From assembly GCA_045837725.1 (NCBI GenBank), contig JBEWZL010000109.1, positions 124,001 through 188,000 on the forward strand: a stretch of DNA of 64,000 nucleotides, written 5' to 3'. Origin of the DNA: Vermamoeba vermiformis (Eukaryota). The notes below the pieces were generated by a model that was not told the DNA's origin, searched no databases, and saw only the letters and a program-made list of their open reading frames with translations. A program made the position numbers and the translations under genes. How positions within the stretch are numbered: the first letter of the stretch is position 1; every line of letters starts with the position of its first letter. Shown here one piece after another: positions 27,694 to 39,827 of this stretch.

Positions 27694-28236
27694 ATAAACA
27701 CCTTTTAATCCACCACGACAAGGGCCAGATCCGCTAAGGGAGGCTAAAGAAAACTCAAATCCACTTTTGTCTTCTTTTAAATCACAATTTCACGTGCTTC
27801 AGCGTGAAAATTTCGCATGAAATTCCTCCAGCGAGGTTTCCATATTTGAAAATCACATGGCATTGTGTGAACTTTCACGTGGGCGTTGTGTGAGCTGTTT
27901 TTGGACACACAAACCAAACTGACGGCATAAAAAGTTTAATTTTGATTGGCCGTCACAACTAATCAAACAGCTTGGGTAGTTAAAGGTATGAATCATATTT
28001 ATGCAACGCTATTTAGGACTTCGCTCCGACCATTTTAAAATTGAATTTCTCTCCTTTCCACTTTCAAATTAATTTTATTGCTTCAACTTTCTTTCAGTTT
28101 CACTTTTGTAATATTTAGTTTCATTTTTTATTACGATCACATCGTATTGACTCGCTACGAGTGTTAAATACCACATTATAATTTTTGATAGTCATTAATT
28201 TTCTTCTCGAGCTTAGTCAAGTGCAGTCCAGTTAAA

Positions 28237-29928
28237 ATGTCCATAGTGCAGCAACCTCCATCCCCAGTATCTAAGAAGGTTCGTAAGACCAAAAGTGAGG
28301 CTAGTCTAAATGTTGTTGGATCAAAGCCTCTCTCCGCCTCTGTCGAGATTCAGCGCACGCCAAAGCAAAGACTTATCTGGAACAAGCCACTGCACGCCAA
28401 ATTCAAAATAGCAGTGAAGAAGCTCGGTCCTAAGGGTAAGGGGCTTTCTACTTCAAACTAGATTTGCAACTTTTTTTTGATCTACGGAGCCATCATTCAA
28501 ACTTACCTATCTTACTCATATTATGATCCTTATCGAAACGTTTCTCTCGTCAACGTTATTCTTGTTTATATTAACAAACCCTTCAATAATTTTAGCTGTT
28601 CCCAAGCTAATCTTGAACGAAATGGGCGTGTGCGGACTCACTCGCGAACATGTCGCTAGCCACTTGCAGGTACGGTCACGTCTTTTATATTTTCCTTTTC
28701 ACCAATCAATCGGGTTATTTTTGTTGATCGTAAAGATCGACGGCGGAGTGCATTCACTAAAATGATAAAAAGGGGTTTCTATCCCACAAATCTAATCAAA
28801 TTTTCAAACGCACCCTCAAAAATGATGTTAAAACATGCATAATTCCATCCAAGTTCTGCGCAATTAGTTTTCGCTTTTAACGAAGCAGATTTCCGGCTCG
28901 GATTGAATTTCACGGGTTGAGGAAACTGCTCAAAATTGTTATTTTGTTAAATCAATCCACAATGAAATTGAAACGATTAAATGTTTACAACGGCTATAAT
29001 TGCGCAACGCTCATATTTATGTCAAATGATGATAAGATGACATCCGCGCGTTATTTTGGTCTGGATCTGACATTTGCTTGTTTTTACAGAAATATCGTCT
29101 CAAAAAGAAGAAAAAGGCTCAAGCTCGTGGCGAGACAGTTTCCCCTAACGATTCACCTCGTAATATGAAGTATTCTACCTCCGACAGTTCAGATAGCGAC
29201 TTGGAGGACGGGATGGAGTCGAACCAAGACTTCTTTGATATGGAAATGGATGAAAGCGCCAGTGTTAGCGATGGCACTAGCAACTGCAGCGATGTTATGG
29301 GCTCAGATTCCTCAACTGTTGTCGGATCAAACAACGGTTACTTCGTTGCCTTGATCCCCACTGTTGTCAATCCTTCTAACGAACAAAATGGAGCCCCCAG
29401 TCTGTCATATCATCACAACGTAGCCATTCCTCGCCTCAACCTTAACTTTGGCAACTATTTTCACGAAGTTGAATCCGCTCCCAGCACATTCAACGGCACT
29501 CGTTCAGCTGATGCTTCAACACACGCCGGTCATTACAGTCTGCCCACGACTCCTCACGGTCAGAACTCGCATCACGTGCAGTTAGCTGCTTCGTTGCCCA
29601 CTTACACTGTCTTCCAACACCACGGCGGCAATGTCTCGCTGCCCATGACCCCCCACGAACAACCCACTCGTAAGTCTCCTTCGTGTCATGTCTTATCATG
29701 TTTGTGCAAGTCAATTAACGTACTTCATTCTCAGCGCACACTCGCGATGTACAAATGGACCCATTGCCCTTCGAGTTGGAATTCCAACAGCAAAACCACG
29801 TCATTACCCAACAACCTCCTGCGTATTTCCCGCATGATGGCTTGGGTTTTGCACAATTTGAACAAGAGATTCCATTCACTTCAGACATCGACATCACCAG
29901 CCAGTTCTTGGCCCACGACACCGCTTAA
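28237..29928 (+). CDS. GARP/G2-like Myb (SHLQKY class) transcription factor without receiver domain; 4 exons
   Basis: RLIWNKPLHAKFKIAVKKLG / AVPKLILNEMGVCGLTREHVASHLQ / KYRL; last intron ~29670-29734; stop at 29926-29928. Confidence 0.9.
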
Positions 29929-30244
29929 CAGAGAGCAGATTCAAACTCGATTTGATCGCCTCGGCGGTTTCTGTGGTTCAAATGAACGTGCAGGCACGCC
30001 ATGTATAATAGCCCATGTAAAATAGAAGGTATTGGTGGTCGGCCGAATCACTCGATCCAAGTATTTAATCTAAACTAAATTATTTATAACCAAAACTTGT
30101 AAAAAACAATAACCCTTGTTTAATATAACCCATATGATTATTTATTAATAAATCAACACTTATTTATTGTAACACAACTTGTTTTTTATTTGATTCGCTC
30201 ACAAGTGCAGCATTAATTAATGATTTCAAAGCCTACTCCGATAT

Positions 30245-32082
30245 TTAAATAGAGCCAGGCATCGGGAAACCCTTTGAGAACTTTTCAACCTCTTCGCGCA
30301 GGGTAGGAACATCAGGGTGATCAGGAATGGCTGCAATAAAGTCCTTCAACAATTTGCTGGTCAACTTTGATTGAATGTCCAAGGCAATCTTCAACGCACG
30401 ATCCAAAAATTCAACAACCTTGACAAATTCAGCCTCTTTGAATCCTCGGCTGGTCAATGCAGGGGCGCCGAGACGAATACCACCAGGAGAGATAGCATTG
30501 GTGTCACCGTAGACAGCATTCTTGTTGGCTGTGATGCTCACGGCATCGAACAACTTCTCGAGCTTGCTGCCGCTCAATTGATGCTTGCGCAAGTCCCACA
30601 AGACCAAGTGGTTGTCAGTGCCACCAGTGACGAGATCGTAACCCCTCTTCGTCAATTCAGCGGCCATAGTCTTGGCGTTGGCCTTGACTTGTTGAATGTA
30701 TTGCTTGAACTCGGGTGTTTGAGCTTCTTTGAGTGCTACTGCAATAGCGGCAATAGTGTTCTCGTGAGGTCCACCTTGCAATGAAGGGAACACGGCAAAG
30801 TTGACCTTGCTTTCAAAGTCGTATTGTTCTGCGACAATATTCAGTCCGTTGTGCGCGTACAGTTGCACAGTCTAGTACGTACCAGTGCTGTTAGGCTTGG
30901 TGCCCTTGCGGAAAAAGATGAGACCAGCACGAGGACCGCGCAATGTCTTGTGTGTAGTGGTGGTGACGATATCGCAGTGCTCGAAGGGGTTGTTGCACTC
31001 TTGTGCGGCCACCAGACCACTGATGTGTGCAATGTCAGCCATCAAATAGGCATTCTGTTTGTCCGCAATCTACTCTCTCGTATCAGTCAACCGTTCTACA
31101 AAGCATATTGTAATTACCTTTCTAAGGCGCTCATAGTCCCAGTCACGAGGGTAAGCAGAGGCACCAACTACAATCAATTTGGGACGGAACAGATCTGCAT
31201 TCTCTTCCAAGCGATCGTAATCGAGGTAACCAGTTTGCTATTAATACGTTAACAGATGTATATATATAATATGAATATAGAGTGTGACATACAGTGTTGA
31301 CACGGTAGGGCATGGACTCGAAGAAGATGGATGTGGCAGAAATCTTCTTCTTAGTAGTTTGGTAACCGTGAGTCAAGCTGTGCAAATATTAGTATATCTT
31401 TGGCGACAAGAGAATTCTTTTAGTTGCGTACTGTCCACCAGAGGGCAGATCCAAACCCATCAATCGATCGTGAGGCTGCAAGATAGCAGTGTAGGCAGCG
31501 AAGTTAGCGCCACTTCCTATATAAATATCGCTATTTAATATCAATTTATGAAAATTATATTAACTGGTCGCACGCAGTCATATGACGGGTCTGCATCTGA
31601 CACCACTTTAGATAATAATAATTATTAAGTACCTGAGTAGGGCTGAACGTTGACACCCCATTGAGTAGGGTCCAAGTGAAAAGCTTCGAGAGCGCGCTTA
31701 ATGCACAAGTTTTCGACTTGATCCACCACTTCAGTACCGCCATAATAACGGCCGCCGGGCAAGCCCTCAGCGTACTTGTTGGTCAAGCACGAGCCAAGAG
31801 CTTCCATCACTGCCTTGGAAGTAAAGTTCTGCCCAATGGGTCAGCTTCGTGGCTACGATCGAGATCTTAACCGGGTCTCAAACTTACCTCGGAGGCAATC
31901 AACTCGAGTCCTTCAATTTGTCTTTTCTTTTCCTTTTGAATAAGAGCAAAAATTTCGGGATCGGACTCGGCCAACAACTTGTTTCCCTATTGTTTGATAA
32001 TTGTTATTATTATTTGTTCCCTCCAAGAAGAAACAGTAATGTGTCATCAAGTATAATAAGTTGTGCATACTAAATCAGCCAT
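30245..32082 (-). CDS. SHMT: Serine hydroxymethyltransferase, cytosolic type (no presequence)
   Basis: [74 protein letters not shown]. Confidence 0.98.
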
Positions 32083-32275
32083 TTTCAGACGGGTAGTGGT
32101 GTTGTTCAGCTTTGACTAAAACAGAATGTTGTTTGTTGCCGCGCAAAAAACTTTTTACCCCACAGCCGCGCCGCATAGTTCCTACTCGACTGCGGGACCA
32201 AAGGGAAATTAGCGGGGGCGAAGAGTTGTAGAGGTTTATTTACAAATGTACAAACACAGTTGATCTTTGAGTGTT

Positions 32276-33501
32276 CTATTGAGCGATCTCTTCTTCTGAT
32301 ACAACAGGCCAGCTCCAAATTTGAATGCCATCTTGATTCATCTTACTTGCTGTTACGCTCAAGTCGACTTCAGGGGGGAAATCACCACTGCGCTCAAACG
32401 AGCCCTGAAATATCTCTTCTTTGAGCCAGTGCTTGTCCTCGCTCTCCACCCCTAATCCGCTCTCGACGAGCAGCAGACCCGTGGGGTCGTGCGTCAAGCT
32501 AGCATTGCTCGTGTTGAGAGCATCGTAGTGCGACACTTCTGAGCCGTCGTGCACGTCACTCTGCTCGTAGAACAAGCGCGGCAGTTTAAGCCGTCGCTCG
32601 CCCTTGATGGTCCAGGTCCTCTTGCGCTTGTTGATGCAGAGCTGATAGTCCTCGCCCTCCTTGCCTGCTATCTCGGCCAGCACTGCGAACTGCTTCACTC
32701 CGCGCAGTGTGTTGACGGGTGGGAACTGCTGGAGTGAAGTGGTGCTAGTTGTGGCCTCTTGCTTGACTTGCTGGCATGACTGCATTAGTCACTCGATCAT
32801 GCTGCTATTAATATCACTCGTGCACTACCTTTTCAGTCACGACTTGCAGTTGCAGCAGCTTGTCGGTCAGCTCAATGAACTTCTGCGCGTCAAAGGCCAA
32901 TATATCGTCAGATTTGAGTTGCAATAGCTCTGCTAGTCGCTTAATGTCTTTGTCAGTGGCATTGTCCAGTGTCGGGCCGTACATTCCGAGGTACATCCTG
33001 GATCCAAAGGTCAACTTACTACACAAAAGGTATTAAGGCTTCCTACCGCTGAGAATTTTTCACGGCCACTTTATTGCGCTTAGATCCAACTTGCGTGTGC
33101 TCGGGCAGTTTGCAGAACTTGCCAATGAACATGCCAGCTCTCGATCGGTTTGTTCGCATGTTCTTAGGAAGCAATAAATCCCAAAAAATCCAAAACCTCT
33201 CCCTCGGCACCTCATCGTCGGGACTGGGCTTGAAGAATACTGACAGAACGAGTTCTCCTGCTTCTTTTGACAGCGACGGATTTGACGACAAATTGTCAAG
33301 GTCGTGGAATGGTGATTTGGGAACTAGTGCCCTTAAATATTGCTTGATGGTGTCAGGATTATTAGCGTCCAACGCCTGCAATAAAGTGTTGTGCTCGATC
33401 GACTGCAGTTGGTGCAGCGAGGCTTCGAGACCAATGACTGATTGCAAGGACTCATCTGTGCTATTCAACAGCAGCGTGGGAGTGACATGGTTGATGTTCA
33501 T
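32276..33501 (-). CDS. Protein with unknown N-terminal domain and C-terminal HSP20/alpha-crystallin-like domain; start uncertain
   Basis: 3 in-frame exons; FAVLAEIAG...TIKGERR...GSFERSGDFPPEVD...DGIQ resembles an alpha-crystallin domain. Confidence 0.6.
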
Positions 33502-33600
33502 AATTTGTGGTGCTGACTGGGCAGTAGTGCTGCTCACCTGGGCACTAATTTTAATTCAGTTTGAAAAAGAAGATCGTCACACAATACTGCAGCAACAACC

Positions 33601-36016
33601 ATGACAGCAATATTATCTATATTCGACGCACATAAGCGTCTACTTGACAATGCTACGAAAGATGATGAAACACCAACCCCTGGTTACATGTACAATGAGA
33701 TCAACAGTATCCACCCACGATAACGTCATTTATCTCAATTACCTATTTATATGTTATTATTCCTTAATTTTTATATTAGAAATAACATTCGAGAGCTATG
33801 ATCAATCAACCAAGGTCTTGGAACATTTGTTGCTCAGATTAAAGAAAAATATGAGTGCTGCAGTTAAATTAAAAGTGCTAATAGTCATGAAAAGTATAAT
33901 ACAAAAAGGAAATCCTCAATTTAGAAGGGACCTACAGCGCAAATCGGAAGAAATAAGAGAGTGTTTGTGTAAGTCAAGTCACGTCGAAAATTCTAGAACC
34001 TAATTACCACTCATAAGCATAATATTAATACTGCTCGTTTGTAGATTTCAAAGGTCCTCCAGATCCATTGAGAGGAGATACCCCTTACAAAGTGGTGCGG
34101 GATCAGGCTCAGGTAAGTTGACTGAGGTTCGCGCGTCTATTTACTAAATCTAATATTGAGGTGGTGTTGAATATGCTCTTTGACACTGAAACCAACGAGA
34201 CTATCAGCACTGCTAGCATGGGCAGCATCTCCAGTCCGCAGGTGGAGAATGGATCTAACAAGCTACCGAACATAGGAGCACTATGACACCCTCTATTCAC
34301 AACGGACCCACATTCGGACACCGAGGGCCAACGAGCATGGGCAATGTCATGTACGAGAAGAAGGGTAAGTGCTCGTGATAGTGCGGTGACAGCAATGTAT
34401 TGACACGTGTCAACACGCCAGAACCGACGCTGTTGGAGAAGATGAAAGCAGGCATTGTCAATCTCACTACGCGCAAGCAACAGCCCAGCTACGACCACTC
34501 AGCACCGCTCGCTACTTACGGCAAGATTGCTAACATGTCCGAACCGACCTTCCAAGAGTACAGTACGTGCTTAGTGTCCGCGAGTGTCATAGACTGACCG
34601 GCACTCGTGTTACAATCAACTACATAGACTTGTCAAACAATAGACTGACCATCAACAGCGGGGCCTATTGAGCCCAACAAACCTCTCGGAGGCTGGGATG
34701 ATCCCAATGAAGTCAGAACACGTGTCAATGTCAACAGTCCTCTGCCGCGCACCGTGCATGCTCCAGTGCCTGTCAGCACTCAAGCGGAAGAGCCGCAAGT
34801 CAGCACTGGGTAAGTCACAGCAGCGAGTAATAGGACGGAATACTGACGCGACAACAGTGAAAAAGAGCTGCGACTCGTCGAAGAACTGACACAGCCGACT
34901 GGCGTGCGTGCAGTGCCCTCCACAGCGGAGTTGAATCAATTTGTGCGCACGTGTCAGAGCGGAAATCTGGATGTGTTCACTGTCTATGACTCGTTGGTCG
35001 AGAAGCTGACCTCGAACCGATGGCAAGCACGTCTGGTACGTCTGTCGTGCTCGCAACAAGGCACTGGTCTCACTGATTTATTTTCGAACAGAAAGCATTG
35101 CACGCCATTGAAATGCTGTTGAAATCTGAAGTCGACAATGCTGCCTCTTATTTTGCAGAACACACACACGTACTAGAAGAGCAGTTGTCTTCACTGCAGA
35201 AATCAGTGGTGGACAAGACACAACAGGTACCGTGCAGCAGTGCGTATGTGGCAGTTGTTGTAACACTGTTGACAGGTCTTAGCGCTCATTCAGCCCGCAG
35301 TACAGTCGCAGAGCAGTGACAGCGCGTTCAATTTCATCAACGACAATGGTGCTCAAGAGAGCTCCTCTGGCTCGATATTCGATGGTCTCAACACAGCTGA
35401 CGACGAGTCCAGCTCCACACTCTTCTCTGGTCTGAGTCTGAGCGAGTCCGCAGCCAAGCCTGACAATCACGTGACACGTTCTAACGGTCCGGAACTCATC
35501 AGCTTCATCGAGACACCAGCGCGCACTAGTGTCAGTGCCCCCACATCACCTGCCCCTCCACGCACCAGCAATAATGCGGACTTGGATCTGCTCAACAACA
35601 TTGACTTCAACGCGCGACCAGTCACCACACCTGTCGTGCCACAACAACCCATCGTGCCGCAGCCACACATGGTGCCAGTCCAATACGTGCAGTACGGTCA
35701 GACAGTAGTGCCTGTGATGGCCAGTCCAGTGCCTGTATTCACCTCTGCAGTGCCCGTCACCACGCCTGCAGTCCAGCAATTGCCCTCAATGCAAGTGGCA
35801 CCCTCGCCATTCGCTGCAGCACCGTACGAACAGCCCCAACTCCCAGTAGTGAATGCGCAGTTGTATTCCGGCCCCTCAGTATATAACACACAAGCTGTGA
35901 AGAAGAAGACTGGCCAGAGCGACTCTGGATTTGGCTTCGTGCACTCAGAAGAGGACAGTTTTGACTTTGTGACGGATGAAATTCAAGCGATGAAAGCGAA
36001 GAACACTGCCAAATAG
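33601..36016 (+). CDS. TEPSIN: Tepsin (AP-4 accessory ENTH/VHS protein; plant MTV1-like)
   Basis: ATKDDETPTPGYMYNEI, VKLKVL, KGPPDPLRGDTPYKVVR, second VHS-like domain (LVEELTQPTGVRAVP), C-terminal SFDFV. Confidence 0.88.
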
Positions 36017-36326
36017 TGTTCATTGCATTGTTATAATATATATCTTATTGCGATGTACAGTGTGTTGTTTTTGCCGATTTGTGGCTTGAAAGCATTAAAA
36101 AAAATCTGACTGATTTCTTGTTGTATTTGTAGAGTGTTTATTGCAGACAACAGTTGTTAGACAATTACGAGCAAAGAGTGCTGTAAATCGAACAAGATTT
36201 TGTGTTGATCTAGATCGGGCTATTTATTGCAGTCAAATTGACTCTATTAACAATTTACAATAGAAACACTCGTCCGTATTTTACAATCTATTAAAGACGC
36301 CTTGAAATATAAAACAGTACGAACAG

Positions 36327-38251
36327 ATGACAGACGATTATATTACGCAAAGTCAGAAATTGGAAGAAAATCCAGGAGACTATGAACAGCATATGAAAGT
36401 ACTAACTATTGCGGAGAAATTGGTAAGAAATTATTTTGACTTGCGGCTAGAAAATCAGATCTGACACCAGCTTGAATTAGAATGATCCAGCGAAGATAAG
36501 GAGATCTTACGAAGCTTTATTAAGCGAATTTCCTCTATTGCACTCTTATTGGAAGAAATATGCCGATTTTGAGCTCAATCAAGGCGACTATGTCAAAGCA
36601 CGTCAAGTCTGCGAGCGAGGTCTCTCGTCAAAAGTATGATAGCACTGCTTATTCAGTGTCATTAACAATCTCATAGGCTGCACTCCATAGTGTGGATCTT
36701 TGGACGTATTATTGTAGCATGGTGTCGGACAGATCCAATGATACTAACGAGATCCGTTCCATGTTTGAGCGTGCTAGCAACAGCGTTGGCGACGACTTTG
36801 CAGCGCATCAATTGTGGGACAAATTCCTCGAATTCGAAATGGTGCGCGAAGACTACAGGCGCGTACGTCAATTGTTTGATCGTATATTAGCCATACCTCT
36901 TGAAAAGACTTCAAGTTATTTTGACAAGTATGATACGTTTTGTGCATTGTACAATACTAATGGACGCACTTAGATTCAAGAAGTTTCTAAATGAACGCAA
37001 AGTCGCAGATCTGCTGACAGACGCAGAATTCAAACAATTAGAAGCAGAACAAGGCAGCGGTGAGGCTCAGCAAAAGATGAGAGTTCTTGCCGCACGCGAT
37101 GAGGTGTACAAGAAGACATTGGAACAGGTTAAAACACGCGAGTCATTCGAGACCATTGTAGCTAAGCGCGCAGGTTACAGTATGACACCTGTCAATGACG
37201 AGATTTTGACAGCGTGGCGACAGTACTTGGAAGCTGAGGAAAAGCACGAACTATCCAACGCGCGCAAACTCTATGAACGCTGCGTATTGTCGTGCGTAAG
37301 TACCGTCAATGCATTGTTCGCGTGTTGCTGATCCACTCATTCTGCAGGGCAATTATCCTGAGTTCTGGCGCCGATACATTTACTACTTGGAGAAGTCAAA
37401 TGAACAGCAGCTCGTTGAAGATGTGTTTCAGCGCGCGACAGTGATATTGAAGCGTCGTCCTGAACTGCAGCTCGAACACGCCTTGTACGCTGAGTCACAC
37501 GGCCAACTTGAGCGCGCAGAACAGATCTATCGCACTCTGCTCAAGAACAGTACGTGATTGTAAACTATATACCACTAGTGCTAATACTGCTGCAGTCCCA
37601 GGGCACATTGAGTCCTCACTGCGCCACATTCACTTCAAGCGCCGCACTGCCCCGTCAGAGTGCGCGGCCCTGTACAGCAAGCTCTTGAATGACACCGCAC
37701 TGCCTGCTGCTCGTGCGCTGGTGGCTATTGAATACGCACGATTCCTCGAGCACGTGACCGCAGAGATTGAACAGGCACGTGCAGTGTTCACGAATGAAAC
37801 GCGCACGAACAGCGGCGTGTTGGAGCTGTGGCTGACGTGGCTGCACTTTGAACTCCGCCACCGTACTGGCACTGACCGCGAGAGTGCAGTGACGCAGTTG
37901 TGCACGCAGGCGTTGCAAGGCGACAGTTTGGTCAAGTCAGACCGCGTTGAATTGTTGCGTGCGTGGCTCGATGTCGCGGAGTGTTGCGGCACCGATCTGA
38001 CACGTGAGCGACAGATCTCGCGTGATTTGCTGCTGCTGAGTGCCGATCAGAGCACCAGCACTGCCACGAACAAGAAGCGCAGTTCGGAGAGTGCTGAATT
38101 GGAGCAATCTCCGCGCCCTAACAAACAGAGCAAGCAAGACGACACATCTAGCTACACACCGAATCAATCGTACGATCAGTATTATCAAAACTATGCTGCA
38201 TATCCAGGGTATGCGAACTACTATCAAGGCAATTATGTAAATTATCAGTAG
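36327..38251 (+). CDS. PRPF39: HAT-repeat U1 snRNP-associated protein Prp39
   Basis: LLSEFPLLHSYWKKYADFE, SVDLWTYYC, FERASNSVGDDF..HQLWDKFLEFE, LYERC, YPEFWRRY. Confidence 0.9.
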
Positions 38252-38371
38252 TTTGGAATAAAGGCGCTTTGCAATATTTCAAGCCAGTTTTTTCAAGCCA
38301 AGAAAATCTCGGCCTCTGGCACAAAGGCGAAACTAAATCTTTCACCGAGTTGCAATCTAACACCACACAAA

Positions 38372-39728
38372 ATGGCTGAACAAAATAACCAACAAACTCA
38401 AATCATTACTGCCGAGCATGTCAAAGCTGACATTGACAATTGTAAGTTGCAATTTCTTTGTGGGATGTATTTGGAAATTTGGCTTTTCAGGCCTCTGCTT
38501 TATGATTCTATGCTTATATATAAGGATCAAATAATTTATTGTGCGTAATCAAAATAGGTTTGAAGACGGTCAATGAAAAACTTTTCCCCAAGACAAGCTT
38601 CGAATCCTTCAGTGGTTTTTGCTCCATGGTGAGCTCTTTCTTTTTGGTCGCTACTACTCGCGACTCGGTTGGTCGTCAAACCTTCTTGCAAAAGTGTATG
38701 TATTTTGTATCTTTACTTCGGCTATTTAGGTTCGTCGTAGATTTAACATCTCTCTCTCGAGAAACTTCGACAGAATTTCAAGGCTATTTGTGTCAATTGT
38801 ACTAGCGCTCGTACTAACGATATGAATAGTCTTCGCCGATCAGGAGAGTAGACGCAAGGCCCGTGAAGAAAAAGAGCGATTGAAGCACGAGAAGATCGCG
38901 AAGAAAGAGGCTGACAAGGAGGCGAAGAAGAAAGAAAAAGAGGAGAAGAGACGCGAAAAGGAAGAGACTGACGAGAAGGTACCAGTGGTTTGTAATTTGT
39001 TGCGTTCAATTTCTTAGTAACGATTGCTGCAGCTCAAGAAGAAGAAGCAAAAGAAGGATCAAAAGGACGAGAAGAAAAAGGATAAGAAGGACAAAAAGGA
39101 CAAGAAGGACAAGGACGGCAAGAAGGACAAGAAAGCAGAGAAGAAGAAGAAAAAAGAAGAAGAAAAGCTCGCCAAATTGAGCGAGGAGGATCGCGCTGCT
39201 TACGAAGAGAAGAAGAAAAAGAAGGAAGAGAAGAAGGGTAAGAAGGACAAGAAGGACAAGAAGGACAAGAAGAAGGACAAAGACGGCAAGAAGGACAAGA
39301 AGGATAAAAAGGACAAGAAAGACAAGAAGAAGGACAAGGACGGCAAGAAGGACAAGAAGAAAGACAAGAAGGAGGACAAGAAGGACTCGAGCAATGCTTT
39401 GGCTTTGATCCGCAAGGCCTCTGACGCCTTCACCAACAGAGGTCAAAGCATCTCTCGCTTTGCTCCTTGCTTGGCTCTGCTCGATGTCTGCGGTGTCAGT
39501 GATCGTCGCTGCAATGTCTTGCGCCGTGCTACTGAGTTGCAGTTCAAGTCTGAGCTCTGCTGGGTCAACTACCTCGACAAGGTAGCTGCTTGTGGTGTCG
39601 GCAAGGACGCAGCCAAGTGCTACAAGAAGTACTCTGGTGACGCCAAGCGTTGCGACAAGTTCACCAACAAGGCGCAATACGTGCTCCGTCAATTGACCAC
39701 CCAAACCAACGAGACTCAACAACAGTAA
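38372..39728 (+). CDS. Unknown protein with a long (K/D)n repeat and a Cys-containing C-terminal domain; 4 exons
   Basis: Canonical introns join the exons in frame; KKD/DKK tracts; strongly biased codon use. Confidence 0.75.
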
Positions 39729-39827
39729 ATTAACCCCTTGGTATTCATTGTGTCGATAACCGCCATTGATAATAAACCCGTGCAACTGTAATCAATTATA
39801 AAACAATATTTTAATCAAACAAAATTT

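Noticed and set aside
39006-39785. Hydrophobic 'membrane protein' ORF on the minus strand (also 9832-10176)
   Set aside because: Reverse complement of Lys/Asp codon repeats.
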